Positions 39,373 to 51,300 of a stretch of 64,000 nucleotides of DNA are shown here, in pieces. Every line of letters begins with the position of its first letter. Position 1 is the first letter of the stretch. The DNA is from Octopus vulgaris (lineage: Eukaryota): contig OX597823.1 of NCBI GenBank assembly GCA_951406725.2, positions 59,024,001 through 59,088,000 of the forward strand, in the 5' to 3' direction. A model generated the notes under the pieces. It had not been told where the DNA came from, searched no databases, and worked only from the letters and a program-made list of their open reading frames with translations. Position numbers and translations under genes: made by a program.

Positions 39373-39584
39373 GTAATCTTAATTATATGAAGGTTAAATT
39401 GTTACATATAATTAAGGTATTTTCAGCTCGATGAGCAGCAAGCCAAGTATCCCTCGCTGAGTAATTATTACGTCAGAAAACCTGCTAGCTAGAAAACATA
39501 TGTAGCCTTGATTTTACCTGTTCCACACCTTCAACGTTTGGGAAACACCCAAAAACAATCCTGGGACCCATCCCTCTTTTACTT

Positions 39585-39851
39585 TTTGCCTTTTACTTGT
39601 TTCGGCTATTAGACTGCAACCTTGCAGGAGCACCGCCTTGGAATTTTTTTAGTCCAAGGATTCGACCTCAGTACTCAATATTTTAAAGCCTGGAACTTAT
39701 TTTATCGGCCTCTTTTGCCGCCGCTAAGTTACGGGCACATACATATACGAACATCGGTTGTCAAGCGATGGGAGGGGACAAACACAAAGACTTGCACACA
39801 CATAAGATGGGCTTCTTTCAGTTTCTGTCTACCAAGTTGACTCACAGGGCT
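39585..39851 (-). mobile_element. SINE family A 3' part; belongs to a local inverted duplication
   Basis: Shares private variants and non-SINE flank with 42087-42406. Confidence 0.85.
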
Positions 39852-40116
39852 TTTTTTCACATTCACAGCAAAATTTACAGTTGCTAACCGTAAACTATGA
39901 AAACTTTTTTTGAGTTAATCAGAATTCTATATGGGAAAATCTTACAACCTTCAAAGCTAATAAATTGTTATGGATTCTGAACGTTGATTTTTATACTTAT
40001 CATGGACTTTTCGAAGTTTACAAACTTCCTACAAGATAAACGATATACATGTATACATACATACATACATACATACACACGCACACACTCACACACACAG
40101 ATATATATATATATGT

Positions 40117-40415
40117 GGAGGCGCAATGGTCCAGTGGTTAGGGCAGCGGACTCGCGGTCGGAGGATCGCGGTTTCGATTCCCAGACCGGACGTTGTGTGT
40201 GTTTATTGAGCGAAAACACCTAAAAAGCTCCACGAGGCTCCGGCAGGGAGTGGTGATCCCTGCTGTACTCTTTCACCACTCGTTCTCCCACTCTTTCTTC
40301 TGTTGGCCTGCTCGCTTAGCCAGCAGAGTGGCGTCATTTGAAGGCTAAAACAATGCGAACGCATTGTGATCAGCGATGTGCAGCAACATCTGATGGTCTG
40401 GTCGGTCATGTGATA
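40117..40415 (+). mobile_element. tRNA(Arg)-like SINE family C, full length, inside (TA)n
   Basis: GGAGGCGCAATGGTCCAGTGGTTAGGGCAGCGGACTCGCGGTCGGAGGATCGCGGTTTCGATTCCC head; 3' tail ends ggtcggtcatgtgata. Confidence 0.85.
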
Positions 40416-40470
40416 TATATATATCTTATATTATGTATTATATATATATTATATTAAACACACTAATATT

Positions 40471-40499
<29 letters not shown>

Positions 40500-40505
<6 letters not shown>

Positions 40506-40842
40506 TGTTCCAAAGGGTTCCAATCATCTTGTCTATAGTGAGGGTCATGCACTGTAATAGATTAGGATTCAAAGGCACACGCCTATATAATATTTGCCAA
40601 AAGAGTTGAGAGATCTACTGGGAGTAGAGGCAGATGTTTTCAAGAAATAACTCGACCTCCTATTACCCAACGTCTCAAACGAACGTACATCACGGCAAGA
40701 AACTTAAAAGAGAGCAGCACTATCGAAATCCCTCCTTCAGCAAAAGCCAATCGCGGAAGAATAGTCTTTGAAAAGGTGAAATACTGGCAATACCCCAGCA
40801 TGGCCATAGCCTTTGGTTTGAAATACATAAGAAGAATAAAAA
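40500..40842 (+). mobile_element. 3' end of a CR1-group LINE, decayed
   Basis: Peptide YLPKELRDLLGVEADVFKK*LDLLL...KRAALSKSL resembles invertebrate CR1 ORF2 C-termini; 3' UTR ccccagcatggccatagcctttggtttgaaa. Confidence 0.6.
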
Positions 40843-41719
40843 GTGTGTGTGTGTGTGTGTGTGAGTATCTATATGTGAATGTATATGTACGAATCTACAT
40901 TGACAAATGCCAGCACACTTCAATACCACTCATTCTCATTCATACCACCCTCCATTTCCATATCGACTGCCTCAACATTAACAGCAAAACGGAAGTCAAG
41001 GCCAAAAACCATATAGTTTCTTTTAAATACCAGATGTCCTAATTGTATGGGAAATTATTATCGTTGTTATTGTAGGTGAATCGCAGAGTTGGTAGAAGGC
41101 CAACGAGAAAATGCGTTGAGATATTTACTCTCATCCGGATTTTACATTCTTTGTAGTCAATCCTTCTGGGGTCAAATTTGTCATTCAGCCTCTTGGCTCA
41201 ATAAATTAACAACAGTCAAGTACTGTAAATAGAGGAAATCGTCTTGCTTCCTCAACTATATTATGCCGGCTTGTGCCAGCGCTAGTAATCAATCTTTGAA
41301 ATTACTGTGCATTTTCTATACTGGCGTATTTCTTTAAATTTCCCCAAGCTTGTCTCCACTTTTTGATTTTCAGATTTACGTCGAGTCAGTGATCGGGGTT
41401 TAGCTGAATGACTGAAGATTTTCACACTTTATAGTACACGCTTGATCGAAATGCATGCGGCAATAAGGAACACGACCTTCCTCACTTCAGGTTTTCTCAC
41501 TATCAGTCAACCTCATCTTCATTACCATTTTTCTCCGCATCTGTTGTGTGGTATTGTACAGCAGAGTCTTCATGTACTTCTTTTATCAACAGCATTGTCC
41601 TTGCATGACCATTGTCCATTGAGCTATGATGCCATAGTGTCGTGTTATATGATCAAGCTATTTCATTTTCTCCTCAACTGACAATTCACAGAAGAGTTGT
41701 ATAGTCGCAGTTTTTTTAG

Positions 41720-42360
41720 CGTGGCCGTTTGGTAAGTAGCTTGATGTCCAACCACATTGCTCTGGGTTCAGTCTCAGTGCTGGGTACATTGGGCAAGTGT
41801 TTTCTTATTTCTTTGTTGCCCACAAGGGTCTAAACATAGAGGGGACAAACAAGGACAGACAAAGGGATTTAGTCGATTACAGCGATCCCAGTACGTAACT
41901 GGCACTTAATTTATCGACCCCGAAAGGTTGAAAGGCAAAGTCGACCTCGGCGGAATTTGAACTCAGAACGTAACGGCAGATGAAATACTGCTAATCATTT
42001 CGGCCGGCGTGATAACGTTTCTGCCAGCTCGCCGCCTTTCTGCACACAGCTCGCAAGTGTCTTCTACTATAGCCTTGGGCTGACCAAAGCCTTGTGAGTC
42101 AACTTGGTAGACAGAAACTGAAAGAAGACCATCTTATGTGTGTGCGAGTCTTTGTGTTTGTCCCATACCATTGCTTGACAACCGATGTTGGCATATCTAT
42201 GTGCCCGTAACTTAGCAGTGGCAAAAGAGACCGATAGAATAAGTACCAAGTTTTAAAATATTGAGTACTGAGGTCGAATCCTTGGACTAAAAATTCCCCA
42301 AGGCGGTGCTTCTGCATGGTTGCAGTCTAATAGCCGAAACAAGTAAAATACAAAAAGTAA
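41720..42360 (+). mobile_element. SINE family A interrupted by a minus-strand SINE family B copy
   Basis: A head 41720-41805; B copy about 41806-42040; A resumes at 42053; gcaagtgt(t/c)ttct is duplicated at the junctions. Confidence 0.85.
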
Positions 42361-42654
42361 AAGAGGGGTGGGTCCCAGGATTGTTTTTGGGTGTTTCTCA
42401 AACGTTTTTGAAAAACATACTATATAAGGTGGGAATCGCAATTCGGAACAAATGGACACATTTTTATGTATTCTAAATTGTATTAGACAATATGCATATG
42501 AAACAGTAATGCTGTGAAACTGTTGGAAATAAAATAACAATTTTATTATATTTGTAACAGCGCAATGAGTATCGGGAGCACAAACAAACCAACGCCTGTA
42601 GTCTAGAGGTGGTAGGGGTAAACGCACTCACAATAAGCCAGCACTCCCTGACGC

Positions 42655-42842
42655 AAACACAAATATAAACATATATATATACAACAGGCTTCTTTCAGTT
42701 TCTGTCTAGCAAATCCACTCGCAAGGCTTTGGTAGGGCCAGCGCTATAGTAGAAGACACTTGTCCCAAAGTACCATTTCAGTGGGATTGAACCCAGAACC
42801 ACAAGGGAGAGAAGCAACCTTCTTACCACGCAGGCAAGCCTA
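42655..42842 (-). mobile_element. SINE family A, 5' part
   Basis: ggcttctttcagtttctgtctagcaaatccactc...gggattgaacccagaacc. Confidence 0.8.
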
Positions 42843-42863
42843 TACATACATACATACATACAT

Positions 42864-42917
<54 letters not shown>

Positions 42918-43448
42918 GCACACACAACGACAATTATGCATGCCTGTATATATACATACATATACACACACACAAATATCGTAGCGTTTATCTATATAGT
43001 TATTGTATATCTATATTACATGATGCGGTCCATATAGAAATTAGACTAGAATTCTATGTATGTGACAATTTTACCTGAACAAATATTGAAACGCTGCACT
43101 GGATCAGAAATAGAAACTTATTATTTATAGATAGGAAAATAAAGAATTCTTAGAATTTTGATATACTTCTGAAAGGTCAGTGGCTAAATGTGTTAAAATA
43201 GCATAATACATTTTTCTATTCCAAGAATTCTTAAACTAGCAATAAAGAATTGGTTGTCTAGAAACCAGGGCATTCTGAATGAGAAACTATAGAAATCATT
43301 ACAAGAAAATATCTTTGCAGAATGTAAGAATCGACCAGTTCTTTATATATCCTATAGCTATCTTAAAACTTTGTTTTTTTAACCCCAGCCGACTCGGTCC
43401 TGATAGCCTGACAAAGCATATATAACTATGATCAAAAGTGATTATACA

Positions 43449-43582
<134 letters not shown>

Positions 43583-43753
43583 TTCTCGAATAGTGCACAT
43601 TGGTTAGCATTATGTAAAATATTCCTTTAAAAGATGATAGATAGGATCAGGACCGTTTCAAGACATAATATAAATAAATGCGCCATTTTAAAACCTAGCC
43701 AGGCTCATAAGCCCGGTTTCCCGGTTTCAATGACGTATGTTCGTCTTTGTATG

Positions 43754-43834
<81 letters not shown>

Positions 43835-43891
43835 GCGTATATATGTGTGTATATATGTATGTGTGTATGTATGTATATATATACATACATA

Positions 43892-44330
43892 TCTATAATG
43901 ATAAATGCTAAAACGAACTTCTGTGTGTCAGTGTGTCACACTTTGACTCTCTCTCTCTCACTATTCTGTGACACTTCTACTATTCCTCGTGATGGGGTGA
44001 GAGTAATAATAAGCATAGAGACGGTGGTACATTGACGGTAGTAGACTGACGGTTGTGATGGTATTGGAGTCATAGTAATAGTATGAGCTGTAGTTGTAAT
44101 ATAGGCAGAGTTGCCTGTGATAAGGATGGTGGTGGTAGAGGTGATGGTTAGTCACAAATGACGGTGTTAGTAAGCGAAGTGAAAGACAGGGGTGATGGTG
44201 ATGGAGGGAAGGCGACGAAGTCAAAGGTATTGATGGTGATGGCGTCAGAAGTCTGGACGGTGTGTGTATGGCAGTTATGGTGGCGATGGTGGTGGTACTG
44301 GTGATGGTGATCGTTGTAAACAATCAACAG
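43892..44330 (+). mobile_element. Possible 5' part of a non-autonomous Helitron with a GGT-rich body
   Basis: A^TCtataatgataaatgc...ctgtgtgtcagtgtgtc start resembles the other Helitron 5' ends; no 3' hairpin/CTAG seen. Confidence 0.3.
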
Positions 44331-44561
44331 AAAGAGAGAAACGGAAAGAAAGAGGTTAGGCAGAAAAAATGTACTGATCCCTGAATGGTAAAACAAAAAA
44401 ATGTTTTTTATCATGAAATAAGTTCCAAGTCAACAAAATGTATCATTGTTTTGATGAAAATTGTTCATTGCTTGAAAAATATTGGTCAAGTTTAATAAAA
44501 TTTAATATGTACTTAATGCATGAAGTGTCATTGTTGGTCCCAATATATATATATATATATA

Positions 44562-44592
<31 letters not shown>

Positions 44593-44785
44593 AGGTAAAA
44601 AATTATTGAGTGCGTATATATATATATATATATATATGGTATTAGTTGCCAATTCTGTACAAGACATTGTAGATCTTCAATTGGGCTAAAAAGTCACATT
44701 CGATCACAGCACCAGTAACAGTTAAGCTTCGTGCAATGGCCATACTCGATAACGAGGGGGCAGGCATAATAATATATATATATAT

Positions 44786-44828
<43 letters not shown>

Positions 44829-44921
44829 AAAAGCGTGACTTTGTCGTAAGAAGCTTACTTCCCAACCACATGTTTCCGGGCTCAGTCCCACTTCGTGGCA
44901 ATTTGGGCGAGTGTCTTCTAC

Positions 44922-44964
<43 letters not shown>

Positions 44965-46505
44965 TTATTCACACAACAAGCTTCCACGTAGTTTTCGTTT
45001 TTTGCTCATATATAATTGTGGACACCTGAAGCTATAGTAAAAATAATTTGTGCGAAATGGAATGAAGTTTTAGTTTGAACCCGAAATCCTGTGATCGCAA
45101 AGTCAACTCCTTAGCACCGGAGTCATGGCTGACCTTTTGTAAGCCATACAAAAAAAAAAAAAAGAGAAAGGAAAAAGAATACACTACCTGACATTATTAG
45201 AGTAAAAGGACATATAAAGCTCGACAAAAAAGGTTTGGGTTTATTCATATTGACATGAAGCGCAAACGAAAATAGTTACAGATTAAGAAGTGACTCTCAA
45301 ATATTAGGCCAAGCTTTTTATCAACGCCACTTTTATTTATTTATTTATTTATTTATTTATACCACATTATTAAACTAATTACTGGAATTTTAATTTGGCA
45401 AAGGATTAACATTTTAAAATACTATTTAGTACCATGCCCTAAGGTGTGCGCAATTTAAAATAAAACTAAATTAATGACGAACTTTCCTATATATGCCATT
45501 TAGAATTGATTTTCATTCCGTCATCAATGCTTGTACATTGAGAGATGGACGACTTTGTTTTAATGGTGTTGTTGTTGTTGTTGATGATGTTGGAAGTGAT
45601 GATGATGGTGATGGTAGGTTAATTGTTTTACAGCTGGTTTCACTTCCTAGTGCTGACAATTCAACCGTAAAATAGAAGTGGAATGTAGTTATTGTCATTC
45701 AGCCAAAGAGAAGTAGGTGATTTGTTCCTTGCTCGGGGGCACAACAGGAGGCTGGTTGTAATATTACTTGAAATCATCGCCTCTCTACTTTACCCAGCAA
45801 TTCCAGCCAACTAAGGAATCATTACAAGGCGATGCCTTGTCCTGCAAGAAATAGCAGACACATTTCCCTGAAGTCAAAACTTGGTTGTAATATATTTCGG
45901 ATAACGTTAAATAATATATGGCCTGGATATACTATATATATGCTTGACCATAGTTGACCGTGGGTTTAAAACAAAGAGAACAACAACAGATATTCGTTGA
46001 AATTTGTTCAAAATGTAGAAGACCCCACACAATCAATTTATTTTAACCATGAAAATAATTAATTAAAATTGAAAACGTGATACTGTTCGGTTTCCATAAT
46101 GGATATCTACTTATCTACTTAAACTTGCGTGGTCGCTCAGCCTTCAGATTATCGCACCCAAATACGAAAGAGGTCACACACTACCGTCTGAAAACGGAAA
46201 AGAAAAGTCACATTTTGAAATATAGATCTAGAAAGCCCCTATAAGACACGAGTTGGTCATGGTTACCGTAATATTGATCACAGGCGTCGTTGATCATAAT
46301 TTTGCTAATTCCATGTAGAAATGGATGTAATCCACATCAGCAACAATAACGTCAACATGCTAAACAATGTCGAGCCAAATCACACTACTAACTCTTTTGA
46401 AAAAAGGATAAGGCACATTGCTTAATATATTCTTAAATACCCATGAAAAGACAAAATCGTCTTGGTTGGAAGGTCTTTCATCATAAACCTGGCAACAGAT
46501 TTTCC

Positions 46506-46660
46506 AGGGTGGCCGTATAGTAAGAAGCTTACTTCCCAACTACGTGGTTCAGAGTTAAGTTCCACAGCGGAGCACATCGGGGAAGTGTCTTTTACTATAG
46601 TCTTGGACCGATCAAAGCTTTGTGAGTGGATTTGGTAGACGGAAACTGAAAGAAACCCGT

Positions 46661-46723
<63 letters not shown>

Positions 46724-46950
46724 CTGTGTGAGCGAGTATTTGTTCTTGTATGTGTCCCCCACCGACGCTTGAAAACCAATGTTGGTATATTTATGTGCCC
46801 GTAACTTTGCAGTTCGGCAGAAGAGACCGATAGAATAAGTACCAGGCTTTAAAAAAATAAGTACTAGGGTCGATTCTCTGGACTAAAAATTCATTATGGC
46901 GGTGCTCTTGTATGGTTGCAGTCTAATGGCTGAAACAAGTAAAAGGTTAA
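46506..46950 (+). mobile_element. SINE family A, full length
   Basis: Head gtggccgtatagtaagaagcttacttccc, core, internal TA repeat, tail gcagtctaatggctgaaacaagtaaaa. Confidence 0.88.
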
Positions 46951-49411
46951 AGGTAAGAAGGGTATATTTTTCTACTTTCGCTAGTTCGATCATAGCCGAC
47001 AAGTTATGTAAGTTTGGGCGCTGAGAATTAAGAATCTTAACCATGAATGAATACTTGTATTAAAGTACGATGCGAACTGCTCCTCTCCGTTTTTCCACTA
47101 CATATTCGTCTTAGTTTCCTCTTCTCTCACAGCTCCTTCTATATTCTGAATTGAATATTCATTATTATGGAATGTTTTCATTGACGCAAGCCAGTGATTC
47201 CCGTTACAAACCACATTTATTTGATGGAACCTAGAATGATAAAAATGAGATGACAGCCATAGATATTGAACTCAGGATGAAATAGAATGTAATAAGTTCA
47301 GGCAGAAACTTAATTCACTGTTCAGTCTTTCTGGCTACTCTACTACCTTTCTGTATTCAATAAAATAAACAGCAGTTGGATCAATTCAAATAACTGTATT
47401 CCTCTTCACTGCGAAAATTGGAAATGTGCCTTGTCAAACAAAATCAGTTTCTTAATATCTTAATATTCTTTATCTAAAGTAATACAATGTCTCACTGGAG
47501 GCCTCTATGTAATAATTATATACAGGAAATGTTGGAGAGTTATCATAATTATGTTTTCTAGCTTCCATATAACTCTCTGATGGGTTTTTTTATAAATAGC
47601 TATTACTCTTTCACTTATTTATAAGCGAGTCTTAAATTTTGCTTAAACTTTACCAGTTTGGAAGCAAACATCTGTCCATGCTTATCTTTTTCAGATGAGT
47701 ACACCTATAAATGGCTGTGTATTTAAGTGACATAAAACTGCATCGTGTGTCAAGGTATATTATTTATTTGAATGTATTAACTGGTGACAAGAAAGATTGA
47801 TTTCAGTACTGAACTTTTGTGAACTGGATATAAGAAAGAGAAGAAAAACACGATATGTAAGTCACGGAGAAAATAAAATAAAATAGTTGTAGCCGGAGAG
47901 AATGTTGATGTTATATCTTTCTAATACTGAAGTAAATGAAGAAAGTTAATGACTAGCAATGATTTATTTGCTCACTGTCGGTGTATTGTCAGTGTATTCT
48001 CGCTTAGAATGATCTATAAGCAATAAAGTTGGGAATCGCAACAACAGCAAGAAAATATTAGATTCTTTTGACATAGCACAAAGGCCATGCATTTTTCTTC
48101 AGACTTGTCGCAGAGGGGGAGGATAGGATTTTGTGACGTTCATGCTCTTTTTTTATGAACATTAACAATCTGCTCGAAATTATCTTGCGTCAAACAAGTA
48201 TCAAAATTATGTTGTAGTCTCGAATCCTGCAGGGACCTCCTCCTTTTCTACACAGCTCACATATCTCAAGAACAAAAACATTTATCAAAATATAGGGTAA
48301 TAGTTTAATAGTTGGTCATAATGCTAATTTTCATAGTGGTATGATATATAGTAACTTGCATAAAATCAATATAGTATTGGTGTTCATTATTCGAGTTCTA
48401 GAAATCTAGAAAGTAATGTCATTACACCGGAGATTTCAACAGAAAAGAATGATATGCCAGTCAAGAAATGTTATAAATCTGAGTTCTGTTTTCCTGCTAC
48501 ATTCGTTGAGTTAGACTACAATAAACACATTGGTGTATAATTTAAGTACAATGATGATTAAATTATAAGTTGTACTTTTGTAAGGCTGAATCATTATATT
48601 CAATGCACTTATATAGCTGCGCATGTACTCTAATAATTGCGGTGAAAGTTTGAACTTTAGAAATCAATTGTCACTGTTATTGTATTATCCCAAGACCAAT
48701 TCGCGTTTTGCTTGTTCCAAAGGAGAACGCCATTCTTTTTTCTTTTTTTTTTTAGGGCTGAAGATGTACCTGGGTCCAGAATCCAGCGACGGCGGTCAGA
48801 ACAATACTGAAATAATGTTTTTCCATTATTGAATGTGTACGAATGGATTGAAAAATTACCCCCCTATCCACCAAACAAAAATGATGATTAGACATACATG
48901 ACTGAACTGGCATACTCCCATATTGTATAATGATGACAATACAGAACAAGTTCGTGAGATGTTGAACAGACAAGGGGTTACTGATTAAGCAGACACCCAC
49001 TTACAAAGTACTTATAGTGCTGTCTATGAATCATCTACAACAGACTTGACTTCAGTAAAATTTGTACAAGATTTACACCAAAACAATTCGCCCTACAAGA
49101 TTGATACCTAATCAACTCCACCAATAAAATTTGAATCGCCAAGTTAATGAAGGTGACATTTTGTAAATAAAAAGATGTCGTCTCGAACTTTGCAGGCTAA
49201 TTAGTAACTCACTCTGGTACTATATAACATTTCGGTTATACAATATATCATTTCTATGTTGCACATTCTATACCTATTAGCCTGTGCAAATTGTGTACGG
49301 AGGCAGTAGAGATGGTAAAACACATTACAATAATACTTGCTTAATGCGTGTAATCACGTTCTAACCTCTCACCTCTTAGAATCAATATAAATGATAAGTT
49401 CATATATAAAG

Positions 49412-49865
49412 GGAGGCATGGTTCTGTGGTAAAAGGTTTGCTTCCCAACCACGTGCTTTAGGGTTTAGTCCCACTGAGTGGTATTTTGAAGAAGACTCAT
49501 TTATTATAGCCCAGGAAGTGATCAAAGCCTTGTGACTGGATCTAGTAAACGGAAACTCAAAGAAACTCGTCATATACATAAGTGCGTGTGCTTATATATT
49601 ATATGTTTGTGCGTGTGCGTGGGGGGAGAGGGTGTGTGTGTGTGTATATAAGTATATGTGAATGCTTGTGTCGGTGTCCTTCTCGCTTGACGACCATTGT
49701 TGGTTTGTTTACGTTTCCGTAATTAGTAGTTCGGCAGATGCGACCAATGGAATCTTTTAAAAAATAACCACTTGGATCGATTTGGTCGACTAAAACCTGG
49801 TAATATTGTGTCCCAGGATGGCTGCACTCCAATGACGGAACCACGTAAACAAGTAAAAAGTAAAA
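49412..49865 (+). mobile_element. SINE family A, diverged full length
   Basis: ggcatggttctgtggtaaaagg..gggtttagtcccactg..aaacaagtaaaaagtaaaa. Confidence 0.8.
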
Positions 49866-50899
49866 TACATACATACATACATACACATACCTGCATACAT
49901 ACATACATGTATACAGGCATACAAGCATACTATTGAATTAAAATAGTAATGTTTATTGCCATATGTTTGTGCTTACGAAGATGAGTAACTCTAAAGTGCA
50001 TGTGTTGAATACGATCACATGCACCTATCTATAGATTGTTCAATATGATTTGAGATAATCGAAATAATAAGAGTAGTAGACTTCGAATATTTTGCTCTTT
50101 AGTTTTCATATTTTGGACTGGAATTGTAAAAATTGAGTGAGTTTTTCTCCTTAGATTTATTTACTTTTTATTGTCTCGAATTAATTATTCTCTTTTAAGT
50201 CTAAGGATATGACAGACATAAAGCCAATAAATAGAGATGCACATGAAATTCTGTTTTTTATTATCTCTTTTTCTAATAACGCCAAAATATTAATCATCTT
50301 TCTGAGTTACAAACTTATATTTCTGCTGATTTAAATTAATATATAATTAATGTATAATTACAGTCGAGTTTGTCGTTAAAAATAAGACTAAGAGCCGAGT
50401 CAATGGCGCCAACGCGCAACTATCAACGTCGACTACTATGAAAGAGAAATTAGGAAGTCATCAACACAGTCTCTCTTATTTGCAGTTCGGTCACATTTGC
50501 GAAAGATGGTGCACTGATCGTCGTCAGTACCATATTTTATCGACTCCAAAAGGGTATATTCAAATGCCTTCTCTAGAATGCTGATGTCTGAGCATACTCA
50601 TTTTGAGAGAACACTTCTGTATACTTTCCTGTTTTTGCAATATCGGTGCAGTTAATGACATAGAAGCATTACAAAACACCGATGTTTGACTATAACTCAC
50701 CTTCAAGCACCCATCCATTGCTGGATGTAATTCGGAGTATTTACGTTACAAGGTTCTACTCCTTTATTTCGTAGTCTGGTGTCTTCAGAGATTTCGCTTC
50801 ACACACAGGTAGTTCTGGGGCCGATTCTGCTGCGCCTGCACCTTGGGACAATCTCTTTTATGTAGACTAGCTTCTAATCTAGTCTACATAACACTAGTA

Positions 50900-51300
50900 A
50901 AAGAAATTAAGAAAACGGAAACCATACAGAGGACTTCCGAATAGACTTTAACTGGTATTCGGTAGAAAACTTAATCCATCGCTCTGCCTTATATCAGCAA
51001 CTGGTTCGTAACGGCATGTAAGCCAAGTTCACTCAATATATAAGTCTTCGAACCTGGTTTTCGATTTAATGATAAATGGTTCGTTACATGCTACTCAGTA
51101 ACTATGGAGTCCAGGTATTATATTCCTTTCTCTTCACCAGATCTGGAGGCCCTGAAAAGGATCATGCTTGCTTTCCTTTCTCATCTGGCTAAGCCAAAAA
51201 AATGTTGACTAAGACTAAGGTATTTAAAAAAATGGTTTTTATTCTTAGGTACAGCATAAATGTCAGAGATACCATGCGAACTGAGGACCCTCGGATTGTT
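50900..51300 (+). mobile_element. Possible highly decayed LINE ORF2 fragment (post-RT region)
   Basis: NYGVQV followed by frameshifted DLEALKRI resembles the CR1/L2 LEYC..VW..D...LERVQ motif; GC is locally raised. Confidence 0.3.

Noticed and set aside
48620-49190. Possible Tc1-like remnant on the minus strand (GVIFQ motif)
   Set aside because: Too decayed to support; no catalytic motif or TIR pair could be confirmed.
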